A stretch of DNA of 57,385 nucleotides from a virus (lineage: Duplodnaviria; Caudoviricetes). Where the stretch lies: the IMG/VR virus record IMGVR_UViG_3300021182_000018, positions 1 to 57,385 of that record. One strand, given 5' to 3'. This document shows, in pieces, positions 9,706 to 18,514 of the stretch (the stretch's first letter is position 1; every line of letters starts with the position of its first letter). The notes beneath the pieces were generated by a model. The model was not told the origin of the DNA. It made no database searches and saw nothing but the letters and a program-made list of their open reading frames with translations. The translations under genes and the position numbers were made by a program.

Positions 9706-10400
9706 AGAGATAAAAATTCCTTCATCTTAGAAAGATTCATAGTAACATCTTTAGGCATTTTTGGATTATTTGGTTCTCCTAAAATCACAAAAGGATTGGT
9801 TCTGTGTGCAAGTACTAACATATTTTTTCTTTCAGTTCCTACGTTAAAAACTCCTTTAGCATCCTTTTCTATCAATTGAATAATGAGTCCTGCAATAACA
9901 TCTACATAATCAAAATTCCCTACTTGAGGAACTGCGGTAGGATATTGAAAAGGAGTCTTCTTAAAGCTGGTTCTAATCACCAAGGAATCGTTTGAGAGAG
10001 TTGAAGCATACATATCGCCAATTTTTTTCGAATGCCCGTAGAACGTATCTAAAGGAAAAATCTCCGAATCGGATTCCTTACCATCTGTTCTAGAATTTGC
10101 GTAAAGATAATCTGTAGAAATATGAACCAACTTAATTTTTTCTTCATTACAAAAATTAACCAAATCTAAAACTCTTCCAGCATTTATAGAAAGATGTTCT
10201 TGTTCATCTCCTCCATAAGTGTCCGTGTTAGCTATGCAATTTATAACAACATCATATTCATTGTAACGAATTATGTTAAAATAATATTCTATATCTGTGC
10301 CGAAATCAAACCCGTGAGACTTTCTTGAAATAAAATCACATCCAGTTTGTTTCCTCAATTCTGTTCCTAGTAATCCATCCCCTAAAATTATTGGTCTCAT
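9702..10400 (-). CDS. NDP-4-keto-sugar reductase (RmlD-like SDR)
   Basis: GDGLLG Rossmann motif, HISTDY, YGHSK (YxxxK), IRTS. Confidence 0.85.
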   Translation of the reverse strand: MRPIILGDGLLGTELRKQTGCDFISRKSHGFDFGTDIEYYFNIIRYNEYDVVINCIANTDTYGGDEQEHLSINAGRVLDLVNFCNEEKIKLVHISTDYLYANSRTDGKESDSEIFPLDTFYGHSKKIGDMYASTLSNDSLVIRTSFKKTPFQYPTAVPQVGNFDYVDVIAGLIIQLIEKDAKGVFNVGTERKNMLVLAHRTNPFVILGEPNNPKMPKDVTMNLSKMKEFLSL

Positions 10401-11701
10401 TTGAAATTCCTAATGGTTTCTTCTATGTATTGTAAGATTTCTTCTGTGTATTGAGGAGAGGATCCTATGAAAAATACGTGAGAAAGAACTTTATTTGCTT
10501 CCGGATAATCTCTAAAGTTTCCTAAGTGTTTATATCCAGGATGTAATAGAAGATTCCCAGCAAAATAGTGTCTAGTCTGAATTTTCTTTTCTTCAAAATA
10601 TGCTACAAGTTTTTCTTTATATTGTCTATCTTTACAAACAATAGGCGTTCCAAACCAAGAAGTTTCCGCTAATGATAATTCTTCTGGGACATGAACATCT
10701 AGATGTTTCTTAAGCATTTTTGAAATAGTTTTCTTAACAAACTTACGCTTTTCGTGTATTTCATCAAATTTTTTCAATTGAACCAAACCAATTGAGCCTT
10801 GCAAATCTAGTGGCTGAAGATTATACCCCATTGTAGAAAACACATACTTATGATCGATTATTCCATCATAATCATCAAGCCATGTATCAAATCTATTTCC
10901 ACAAGCACCGTTAGGAAGTAAATTTCCTGCACCACAACAGTAACACGCTCTCGACCATAGCGCAAAACTTCTAGCTAATTGAATTAAGTCTTTATCATTC
11001 GAAACAACCATTCCCCCCTGTCCGGTCGAGATATGGTGCGATGGATAAAAGCTAAAAGAAGAAACATATCCATACTCATTTAAGAAAATCCCATTCCATT
11101 TACTTCCAAGAGAATCACAATCATCTATTAAAAGTTTAAGATTATGTCTGGTGCAAATGTCTACAAGTCTATCCATGTCAGGAGGATTTCCTAAAACTGG
11201 TGATAAAAAGATTGCTTTAGTTTTTTCGGAAATCTTCTCTTCAATTAGATTCAAATCGAAGTTCAAACTATTCATTTCGATATCTATAAAAACTGGAACC
11301 AAATTATTCTGAACAATAGGAGCAACAGTAGTAGGAAACCCAACAACAGATGTAATTATTTCATCTCCATCATTCCACCCAAGATGTTTTTTTGTTGCGG
11401 CTATTAAAACTAAATTTGCAGATGAACCAGAATTAACCATCAATGCATGTTTTTGATTTATTTTTCTAGAGAATGCTATTTCGAATTTTCTAACTTCTTC
11501 ACCAGACGAAATCCAAGCTCCAGTTAAAAGAGTTTTAGTAGCAGCAATAATTTCTTCATTATCAAAATAAGGACCCGAATAATAAACAGGAGTAACACCA
11601 GGAACAAATTTAGAACCATTGTTATAAACGTATCTTAAAACACTATGTTCCTTTCCTATGTTCTCGATAACTTCTTCTAACTGTTCTTCAATAGTTTTCA
11701 T
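10397..11701 (-). CDS. rfbH: RfbH/DdhC-like NDP-4-keto-6-deoxyhexose 3-dehydrase (DegT/DnrJ fold)
   Basis: VNSGSSANL, DDCDSLGS, SFYPSHH (His replacing the Schiff-base Lys), CYC...C cluster, DHKYVF..GYNL. Confidence 0.88.
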   Translation of the reverse strand: MKTIEEQLEEVIENIGKEHSVLRYVYNNGSKFVPGVTPVYYSGPYFDNEEIIAATKTLLTGAWISSGEEVRKFEIAFSRKINQKHALMVNSGSSANLVLIAATKKHLGWNDGDEIITSVVGFPTTVAPIVQNNLVPVFIDIEMNSLNFDLNLIEEKISEKTKAIFLSPVLGNPPDMDRLVDICTRHNLKLLIDDCDSLGSKWNGIFLNEYGYVSSFSFYPSHHISTGQGGMVVSNDKDLIQLARSFALWSRACYCCGAGNLLPNGACGNRFDTWLDDYDGIIDHKYVFSTMGYNLQPLDLQGSIGLVQLKKFDEIHEKRKFVKKTISKMLKKHLDVHVPEELSLAETSWFGTPIVCKDRQYKEKLVAYFEEKKIQTRHYFAGNLLLHPGYKHLGNFRDYPEANKVLSHVFFIGSSPQYTEEILQYIEETIRNFK

Positions 11702-12429
11702 TAAAATAACCTCGGATATCTTTGTTTAGCTCTTATCAAATTGGAATACTCTTGTTGCATTCCGCCATTCACTTTAAAATCGTTCAAGTCAGTCTCTACG
11801 TTATACACATAATTTATATCATTTGTAAAGTAGACATTTTCTTTTCCTACCATTTCTAACATAGGATATATAATCGCTTGGTCTCCAGTAACTTCCCAAA
11901 AATTTCCGGAAGGACTTCTCAAATCCTCTTCCAAAATTTTTCGAAAAACCTTTGCCTTAAATGTTCTTAAATGTGAAGTAGTCCAAGCAGAACCTCTCAA
12001 ATTATTAAAATCTGGAGCACATGTAAACCCATTTGAATATTGATTTTCACCATGATACTGAATAAACTGCCCAAAAGACATTAAGAAATTTGTCCGGAAA
12101 TAATATCCGAAAACTCTTCCTAAAGTATTGACCTCGGAAAACCAATCATCGCCGTCAAGGGTCACTAAAACATCTTCATCATCTACAAAAGGAAGTCTAG
12201 AAATTTGCCAGTAGTTCCCAGGTTGATAAAATTTAGTTTGGTTCTCTATTAGAATAAATCTTGGATCATCTTTAATCAAATCTTTTACAATAGCTTTGGA
12301 ATTATCGGAAGAAATATCATCTGTAATTACCATGAGAAAATTTTTGAAAGATTGACACTTAACAGAATCAATACACTTTTGAATGTATTTCTCTGCGTTA
12401 TAAAGGGTGGTCATGATTACTAGTTTCAT
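11701..12429 (-). CDS. GT2 glycosyltransferase
   Basis: YNAEKYIQKCIDSV, TDDISSD, TLDGDDW, SHLRTF. Confidence 0.88.
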   Translation of the reverse strand: MKLVIMTTLYNAEKYIQKCIDSVKCQSFKNFLMVITDDISSDNSKAIVKDLIKDDPRFILIENQTKFYQPGNYWQISRLPFVDDEDVLVTLDGDDWFSEVNTLGRVFGYYFRTNFLMSFGQFIQYHGENQYSNGFTCAPDFNNLRGSAWTTSHLRTFKAKVFRKILEEDLRSPSGNFWEVTGDQAIIYPMLEMVGKENVYFTNDINYVYNVETDLNDFKVNGGMQQEYSNLIRAKQRYPRLF

Positions 12430-12435
12430 AAATGT

Positions 12436-12672
12436 TTACTTATAATATAAATAAAAGACATCAACATAATTAGGATGAGAATATTCTATATGATGGCCAC
12501 GAATAACCTTTTCGGAATATTTCCACAAAGTATGCGTTAAGTGTCCATTGTAACTATAATATTGTTTAGGGTCATCATTTACTTCAATAAATCTCTCATC
12601 ATCTGTAGAGTCATTGTCTAATACATTTTCTTTTTCATCTATTAAATTTTGAATTTCGTGTATCTTCATCAT
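12436..12672 (-). CDS. Small hypothetical protein with a possible gp55-like segment
   Basis: 78 aa; WKYSEKVIR resembles gp55 FKISEGLLR, and SHPNY resembles RRPNF. Confidence 0.5.
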   Translation of the reverse strand: MMKIHEIQNLIDEKENVLDNDSTDDERFIEVNDDPKQYYSYNGHLTHTLWKYSEKVIRGHHIEYSHPNYVDVFYLYYK

Positions 12673-13466
12673 ATTTCAAAAACCTCTTTCCATTTGTTTA
12701 CAATTATATCTGGATCTATTTCGTAATAACAATTAACATAATTTTTTCCTTCAATTAAATGCAAATTAGTTCCCGTTATCCTACACTCCCCAAGAACTAG
12801 CGGACAACATTCCATTTTACTTGAAAAATATACGTCAGTGATTGAGTCATACATTTCTTGTTTGTTTTCCGAAAATTTTGGACCTTTAATTTTATATTTT
12901 TGTATCAATGGTTTGACTGCGATTTCAAAATATTTATGATCGGTAATTTTTCCGAAAAGTGTAATATCTTTGAATCCATCTGCTATAGCTTTTTGAATAG
13001 ATACATGAACTTGCTTGTTCTCATCTATAGACCCAATGATTCCTACTGCCTTTTCTTTCGTCTTAGGATTTGGTAAAAGTTTGTCCATAACATTCGAAAG
13101 TATAAAGTAAGGTTTGTTGTAATTTTTAATGTTGTGGTATTCGGATTGGTGCTGACTTACAAAATGTATGGTATCAATTTTCTTAAGATTTGTGGTGGCT
13201 AGATTGAAAAGATTTTGTTCATGTACTGATAATACAATCTTATTAGCTTTAATGTGGTCTGGAATTTGAAGGAAATGAAATATTAAATTGTCATCTTCTG
13301 ATATAGACAATTCAGAAAAGTTTCCGAAATTGCACTTACCACGGCTCCATTCTTGAGGGCCGTAGAACTTTGTTTCAATTCCTCTTTCATTCAAAGCATT
13401 ACAAAGATTTATATGCGCGACTGAACTTCCACCCTCTGCGGACCAGCCTGAAATTATTTTAATCAT
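12669..13466 (-). CDS. GT-B (GT4-like) glycosyltransferase
   Basis: GGSSVAHINL, SVHE, IGSIDENK, ECCPLVLGEC (ExxxxxxxE). Confidence 0.75.
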   Translation of the reverse strand: MIKIISGWSAEGGSSVAHINLCNALNERGIETKFYGPQEWSRGKCNFGNFSELSISEDDNLIFHFLQIPDHIKANKIVLSVHEQNLFNLATTNLKKIDTIHFVSQHQSEYHNIKNYNKPYFILSNVMDKLLPNPKTKEKAVGIIGSIDENKQVHVSIQKAIADGFKDITLFGKITDHKYFEIAVKPLIQKYKIKGPKFSENKQEMYDSITDVYFSSKMECCPLVLGECRITGTNLHLIEGKNYVNCYYEIDPDIIVNKWKEVFEI

Positions 13467-13636
13467 TCTATTCCCCCATTTATATATTTTTCATAACTCC
13501 CACTAGGTAAATATACAGCCTTAAGAAGAATTTTATCAAAACATGGAGCATTAGATTTGTCACAGATAAAATCAACATCACCAAATAAGTCAATGTGAAC
13601 TTCCAATATTTTTATCAATTCACTAGCTTTCATCAT
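13463..13636 (-). CDS. Small hypothetical protein (57 aa, not in ORF track)
   Basis: MMKASELIKILEVHIDLFGDVDF...; AGGAG upstream; stop overlaps the next ATG (ATGA). Confidence 0.65.
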   Translation of the reverse strand: MMKASELIKILEVHIDLFGDVDFICDKSNAPCFDKILLKAVYLPSGSYEKYINGGIE

Positions 13637-13643
13637 ATCTCCT

Positions 13644-13973
13644 TTAAAACAGAATTTTCAAAGTATTTTCTAAAATATTCTTAAAATCTTTTTCGAAATG
13701 TTTATCCGAATTCCAATCTCCATGATATGCTAATCCGCTTTTAGTTTCCATTAAAGATGTAGGAATAGAATATACATGATTCCAAGTTAAAGAGTGTTCA
13801 CTAAAAACTTCCGAAACAGCTTTTGATTGCATTTGATAAGAATCAGAAGAAATAATTATCTTGATTTTCATATTTTTAATTTTTCCAATCCATTTCCAGT
13901 TAGCTTTTTGCCCAACATTTGATATACCTGAGACAAACGTTTCGGCACCTTTTGGTAAAAAATCTAAAATCAT
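13644..13973 (-). CDS. Hypothetical protein
   Basis: 109 aa ORF translationally coupled to the upstream ORF. Confidence 0.6.
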   Translation of the reverse strand: MILDFLPKGAETFVSGISNVGQKANWKWIGKIKNMKIKIIISSDSYQMQSKAVSEVFSEHSLTWNHVYSIPTSLMETKSGLAYHGDWNSDKHFEKDFKNILENTLKILF

Positions 13974-14164
13974 ATGACATCATTATCTATAAAATATTCA
14001 GCACTCCACCCATTTGAACTTCTTGATACTGGACGATATGTATACTTTATAGTAGCAGTCTCCAACCATCTCATTTCTCTATATGTAAAAACAGGAAACC
14101 ATAAAAATTTAGTAACAATCTTTTCGTCCCACAATTCTGGATCTCGTTTCAATTTAATTTTCAT
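13970..14164 (-). CDS. Small hypothetical phage protein (FLWFPV...RWLE type)
   Basis: 64 aa, overlapping start/stop junctions. Confidence 0.6.
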   Translation of the reverse strand: MKIKLKRDPELWDEKIVTKFLWFPVFTYREMRWLETATIKYTYRPVSRSSNGWSAEYFIDNDVI

Positions 14165-14439
14165 CTCTTCATCTCCCGAGAAATTTTAAAAAGTTTCATT
14201 CCAAGTTTACTCCAATGTCCCTCTGTGTTCGGTCTACCAGCCATACAAATATTTCCTTCATAACCTAATATAAGTGTTCTTTTGAAATCTAATATATGTA
14301 ATTCTTGCTCGTTATAATAATACATAGAACTCATTACATCATAATATATTAAATCTTTAATATCAATATGAGTTTTTTCTATATGTCTTTCAGGCTCACC
14401 ATATGAAAAATTAAAATAAGTATATAAATCAGTTTTCAT
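14161..14439 (-). CDS. Array-1 mini-protein with gp55-like C-terminal helix
   Basis: Ends SKLGMKLFKISREMKR; paralog of 14855..15052 (LDFKRTLILGYEGNI vs LDFKKTFILGYDENI). Confidence 0.7.
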   Translation of the reverse strand: MKTDLYTYFNFSYGEPERHIEKTHIDIKDLIYYDVMSSMYYYNEQELHILDFKRTLILGYEGNICMAGRPNTEGHWSKLGMKLFKISREMKR

Positions 14440-14660
14440 AAAATACCTTGAGAAATTTTGTAAAGATTTTCTGCAAGCATATCTCCAGAAAATCTTGCTA
14501 AATCATTTATAAATCTTTTCTTAAAAATGTCATTACTTTTCATTCCAACAAATTTAATATTTTTATCGTTCATATGTGGATATCCAAATACCGAAGAATA
14601 TTCTAAAAGACTATCTCCAATATAATAAATGTAAAATATATCATTATCTGGAATAATCAT
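14436..14660 (-). CDS. Array-1 mini-protein with gp55-like C-terminal helix
   Basis: Ends DMLAENLYKISQGIL. Confidence 0.7.
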   Translation of the reverse strand: MIIPDNDIFYIYYIGDSLLEYSSVFGYPHMNDKNIKFVGMKSNDIFKKRFINDLARFSGDMLAENLYKISQGIL

Positions 14661-14854
14661 TAAGAAAGTCCTTTAGAAATTTTGTAAAGATTCATAGAAA
14701 ATCTATCGCGAATAGTATATGTTCTATGTTTCATAAAATAATTTTCAATATATAATAACGTGATAAATTTCCGATCCTCTAATTGTATAGACCATCTAGT
14801 AGTATATCCTAATAGTTTATTATCTTCCAACCTAGAATAATGCTCTAATATCAC
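14660..14854 (-). CDS. Array-1 mini-protein with gp55-like C-terminal helix
   Basis: Ends DRFSMNLYKISKGLS; GTG start. Confidence 0.7.
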   Translation of the reverse strand: MILEHYSRLEDNKLLGYTTRWSIQLEDRKFITLLYIENYFMKHRTYTIRDRFSMNLYKISKGLS

Positions 14855-15052
14855 TTAAGAAAGTCCTTGAGAAATTTTGTAAGCAAGTTTTCCGAAAATG
14901 CTCCAATTAGTTTTTGTTTTCAGACTGTGTATTGTAATATTTTCATCATATCCTAATATAAAAGTTTTCTTAAAATCTAAATCACTTCTATATCTATAAT
15001 AATCCTGATAAAGAATATCAAACATAATTAAATCTGGAATCAATCTATTCAC
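14855..15052 (-). CDS. Array-1 mini-protein with gp55-like C-terminal helix
   Basis: Ends SIFGKLAYKISQGLS; start overlaps the primase stop. Confidence 0.7.
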   Translation of the reverse strand: MNRLIPDLIMFDILYQDYYRYRSDLDFKKTFILGYDENITIHSLKTKTNWSIFGKLAYKISQGLS

Positions 15053-16050
15053 TTAAACCACTCTCCATCGAACGCATCTGCTGTAAAGTATTTCTCTAAG
15101 TCCGAAAAAGACCATTCCAATTTTCCTGTCGCTAATACCAAATCATTTACATCTTTAATCTTATCAGTAATACCAAAATCTCTTAAGAAACGTTCCCAAC
15201 AAAACACATACTTCCCATCATTCAATAATTTCAAACTATTTTTCTTACCATCTTTATCATTGTCTAACAAATAAAAACATCTTAGTTCACGTATTTCTTT
15301 CTTAACCTTTTCTGTGAATTTAAGACCTAAAATAGAAACACAATTCTTTATAAAAAAACTATCTATAGGTCCTTCTACAACTATAACAGGAAGCTTTCTA
15401 TCTATCCCGTAAACGCCGTAAATCTCTTTATCTCCAAATCTTCTGTTCAAATACTTAGGATCGCTCCCTATCAAAGTTCTTCCCTGGTAGTAATAAATCT
15501 TTCCGAAAGTATCGTAGAAAGGTATTATCATTCTTCCTTGAAAGCATCCGCCAGTAGCTACGAAAAACTCTTTCCAAATGTTTTCCGGCAATTTTCTCCG
15601 AATACATTCTTCCCTAGCTTTCTCAAATATTTCCGAATCACCTTTTAAAATTGGTTGGAAATGCTTTACGTCATCTTTTTCTAAAATTATTTTCTCAGGA
15701 ACGTTTCGAGTATTTTTCGGAAAGTTTGGAGAATATTCTTGGAAATAATTCTCTCTGCGGTAATCTTCAAAGAGCGTTGTCCCATATAGATAATCACATT
15801 TCTTGAATAAATTTACTACAGATATTCCCTTATCATTAGCTTCACAATCCCCATTATGACAAATATATACATAAGAATCTATTCGAGAATTACCTTTAAG
15901 AATATACCCACGCTTCTTAGTCTTGTTTGTTTTAGAATCTCCACATAAAGGACAACGACAAGTAATATAATTGTCCTTGTATATTGCCTTTGATGGATAA
16001 TTGGACAACATCTTTTCAATATATTTTTCTAAAACGAAAGTGTTTTCCAT
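15049..16050 (-). CDS. gp61: T4-like DNA primase
   Basis: Zn finger CPLCGDS..KKRGY..CHNGDC, RMIIPF, YQGR, TOPRIM EGPIDS, DND, KDVND. Confidence 0.95.
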   Translation of the reverse strand: MENTFVLEKYIEKMLSNYPSKAIYKDNYITCRCPLCGDSKTNKTKKRGYILKGNSRIDSYVYICHNGDCEANDKGISVVNLFKKCDYLYGTTLFEDYRRENYFQEYSPNFPKNTRNVPEKIILEKDDVKHFQPILKGDSEIFEKAREECIRRKLPENIWKEFFVATGGCFQGRMIIPFYDTFGKIYYYQGRTLIGSDPKYLNRRFGDKEIYGVYGIDRKLPVIVVEGPIDSFFIKNCVSILGLKFTEKVKKEIRELRCFYLLDNDKDGKKNSLKLLNDGKYVFCWERFLRDFGITDKIKDVNDLVLATGKLEWSFSDLEKYFTADAFDGEWFK

Positions 16051-16056
16051 TTTGAG

Positions 16057-16085
16057 ATTATAACAAATTTAATCTAGGTTGTCAA
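16057..16085 (-). promoter_or_regulatory. sigma70-type promoter for primase (probably leaderless)
   Basis: TTGACA-acctagattaaatttgt(17)-TATAAT, ending 6 nt before the primase ATG. Confidence 0.8.
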
Positions 16086-16300
16086 GAGGAAAGTTTGCTT
16101 ATATGGTGGTAATATTTATCTAGATTATTCCAGTTCCAGTCATAATCTTCACAAATGGATTTGACAAATATATTTATATCACAAGAAATGATTACAAAGT
16201 TATTTCTTGGCAATGTTATGAGATGCTTAAAATTCATAACAGATGTATTTTCATTTTTTACATTATAATAATAAAAATTACCGTTTTTAATTTTACACAT
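16082..16300 (-). CDS. Small hypothetical protein, possible distant array-1 member
   Basis: 72 aa ending NLDKYYHHISKLSS; own TTGACA promoter at 16327-16355. Confidence 0.55.
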   Translation of the reverse strand: MCKIKNGNFYYYNVKNENTSVMNFKHLITLPRNNFVIISCDINIFVKSICEDYDWNWNNLDKYYHHISKLSS

Positions 16301-16506
16301 CCTTTGAAAAGTTCTGAGGAGTTTTTAAGATAACACTTCTAGAAAGGTTTGTCAAGGACTTTTTAGAGAATTTTTCTGGAAAGAAAAGGACCAACTTTCG
16401 AAAAGCCTTTGGAAATAGTTTTTAGCAATCTTCCGACAAAACAAATACTAAGTCGTTTTTCAAAAAATTTATCACATTCTTTTCTAAATCTTCATCTTCA
16501 TTATAC

Positions 16507-16540
16507 AAAAGAAAAACGCCTGAGAAATTTCCCAAGCGTT
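16507..16540 (-). terminator. Rho-independent terminator after gp32
   Basis: Minus strand AACGCTTGGGAAATTTCTCAGGCGTT followed by T-rich run. Confidence 0.6.
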
Positions 16541-16572
16541 GTATCAAATGAGTCTCCAATTTTAACTATCGA

Positions 16573-17445
16573 TTATCCTTCACGAAGCTTTCTAAGGAAT
16601 TCCTCTTCAGCATCATCTTCTAATGCCTCTTTGACAGGACTAGAAGAACCACTAGAACGTTCTTGTGCCTGACCAGAAGAACTTTGAGTAGTTACACCAA
16701 GAACCCTATCAAGCCTTCCCTGAGCTTTTTCGAAAGTGTCTATGTCATTTTCTAAATATGGGATCAATGAAATAAGTTTACTGTCAATTTTAGCGATTTC
16801 TTCCTCAGTCCCAATCCGTGTTGGTGACGAAAATTCTGAAAGGTCATAATCACGGACGAGGGAGCTATATCCCGGAACTTTCTTAGAACGAATCTTAAGC
16901 TTGAAATTAGACCCCTTTACGAAATCCAAAACAGGCTCAGGACTCTCGCCATCGTCTGGAGGAGGATTCATCTTATTTACGATCTTAGCATAAATTTTCT
17001 TAGGAATTCTCATCACCTTAATGAGACCGTTATTTTCAGGAGTGTTGTTATCCTTTATAATAAGGACGTTAAGGTAATATGACGCCTTCTTAAATTGTTT
17101 TGCTGTTTCCTTATTTTGGAATGATTCGTCAGTTCCTTCGGCAGCATTGCGGTGCCATTTAGAAGATGCATACTGACATATGGGACAGGCATGAGTTCTT
17201 CCTAGTGTCTGGCTACACTTACCTATGTACCATTTTCCATTCACTTCAAAAGAGTGAGAATATACAGTAGCAATCTGAACGGTTTCATTTTCTGGAGCAG
17301 GTAAAAAGCGAATAATTACGTCTGCCGAACCATCAACTAATTTTGGTTCGTAAAGATTGTTGTCAATTACTCTTTCAAATTTCTTCTTTTCTGACCCTGC
17401 CTTAAGTTCAGCACCAATCGCGGTCCAGTCTAATGTTCTAGCCAT
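16573..17445 (-). CDS. gp32: ssDNA-binding protein
   Basis: IIRFLPAP, HSF..NGKWY..C....G....CPIC, YYLNVLIIKD...PENNG, GSNFKLK, YDLSEF, acidic tail. Confidence 0.95.
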   Translation of the reverse strand: MARTLDWTAIGAELKAGSEKKKFERVIDNNLYEPKLVDGSADVIIRFLPAPENETVQIATVYSHSFEVNGKWYIGKCSQTLGRTHACPICQYASSKWHRNAAEGTDESFQNKETAKQFKKASYYLNVLIIKDNNTPENNGLIKVMRIPKKIYAKIVNKMNPPPDDGESPEPVLDFVKGSNFKLKIRSKKVPGYSSLVRDYDLSEFSSPTRIGTEEEIAKIDSKLISLIPYLENDIDTFEKAQGRLDRVLGVTTQSSSGQAQERSSGSSSPVKEALEDDAEEEFLRKLREG

Positions 17446-17556
17446 TTTTCATTTTCTCCATTGTTTGTTTTTAGTTGTCTCATCGCAAAATTTCTCGAAA
17501 ATCATTCTAAAAGTTTTCCAAAACCATTATTCAAAGTCTCTCCATCTTACCTCCTT

Positions 17557-17585
17557 ATTGTATCATATTTAATCTTAGCTGTCAA
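17557..17585 (-). promoter_or_regulatory. sigma70-type promoter with AGATTAAA spacer, upstream of gp32
   Basis: TTGACA-gctaagattaaatatga(17)-TACAAT. Confidence 0.8.
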
Positions 17586-18111
17586 GAACCTTTTTAAGAA
17601 TTTTCATCAAAGTCACGAAACGTTTGTGTTCGGCAGTTTCCTTGTCATCATCCTTAAAAAATCTAGAGTATTTTGCTATAAAGAACATAGAGACCATTTT
17701 GTTATCGTAGAAGTATTTAGCTAAACTCTCACCATTAGTATTTATATTAAAATAGGTTTCTAAAGATTTCTGGCAAGTTTTCTGAGAAATTTTTAGAATA
17801 GTTTCTTCATCTTGTTTAATCAAAATTTCTACGTCATAATTCTTAACTGTATCTGAAGACCATTTGAAAAAGTTTTCTAAAAATGTCTCATCTTTTATGA
17901 CACTCTCTATGAAAAATATTTGGAAGTCTTTTTCGGAAAAGTGGTGCGAAAGATACTTAGTATAGAATGGTTGAAGAGCTTTTGTAATCCTAGGATCTAA
18001 ACGCTTTCCCAAAAACCCTTTACAAAAACTCCAGTCTACTTTTTTACCAGAGATGCCTAACTTAAGTTTTTTAATGTAAAGATAAAAGCAATCAAAGTCA
18101 CAGGTGTTCAC
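17575..18111 (-). CDS. Probable helicase loader (gp59-like)
   Basis: Position directly upstream of gp32 as in T4; N-terminal YLYI..K..ISGK resembles gp59. Weak by-eye similarity. Confidence 0.5.
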   Translation of the reverse strand: MNTCDFDCFYLYIKKLKLGISGKKVDWSFCKGFLGKRLDPRITKALQPFYTKYLSHHFSEKDFQIFFIESVIKDETFLENFFKWSSDTVKNYDVEILIKQDEETILKISQKTCQKSLETYFNINTNGESLAKYFYDNKMVSMFFIAKYSRFFKDDDKETAEHKRFVTLMKILKKVLDS

Positions 18112-18115
18112 AAAG

Positions 18116-18496
18116 TTATTCCTCTATCAAAAAATTCAGATTAGATTTCTTCTTTTTGCTATACTTAATTGCTAATTCTTCTCTTAACAAAAATAGATTT
18201 TCTTCGTTAAAACAAGAGAGAACAGTTTTCGTATCAAACATATCTTCTTCCATAAAGTAAAAAATATCTTGCATTAAAATTCTACTTTCATACATATCTT
18301 TTACGAACAAATTGAATCTATGAAACTGCTCATTTTTATTCCTTCTACCATTTATTACGACTTCCATATCGAGACCCATTTGAGAAAGACTTTCGAAAAA
18401 CCTTTTCTTTAATACGGAGCGCACTATATCATCTTCAATATTTTTGTAAATTTCTTTCTTCGGGGTTAGAGATTGTGGCATAAATTCTGAGAGCAT
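18116..18496 (-). CDS. Probable late-transcription coactivator (gp33-like)
   Basis: T4 order 33-59-32; FMEED segment and C-terminal SNLNFLI resembling the gp33 clamp-binding motif TLDFLL. Confidence 0.6.
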   Translation of the reverse strand: MLSEFMPQSLTPKKEIYKNIEDDIVRSVLKKRFFESLSQMGLDMEVVINGRRNKNEQFHRFNLFVKDMYESRILMQDIFYFMEEDMFDTKTVLSCFNEENLFLLREELAIKYSKKKKSNLNFLIEE

Positions 18497-18514
18497 TTTT
18501 AAGAATCCTTTTGT

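Noticed and set aside
14436-14890. Direct repeats about 200 bp apart read as a CRISPR array or integron attC sites
   Set aside because: Repeats are degenerate, in frame and encode the KISxGL motif; spacers are whole genes; no palindromic attC or cas genes.
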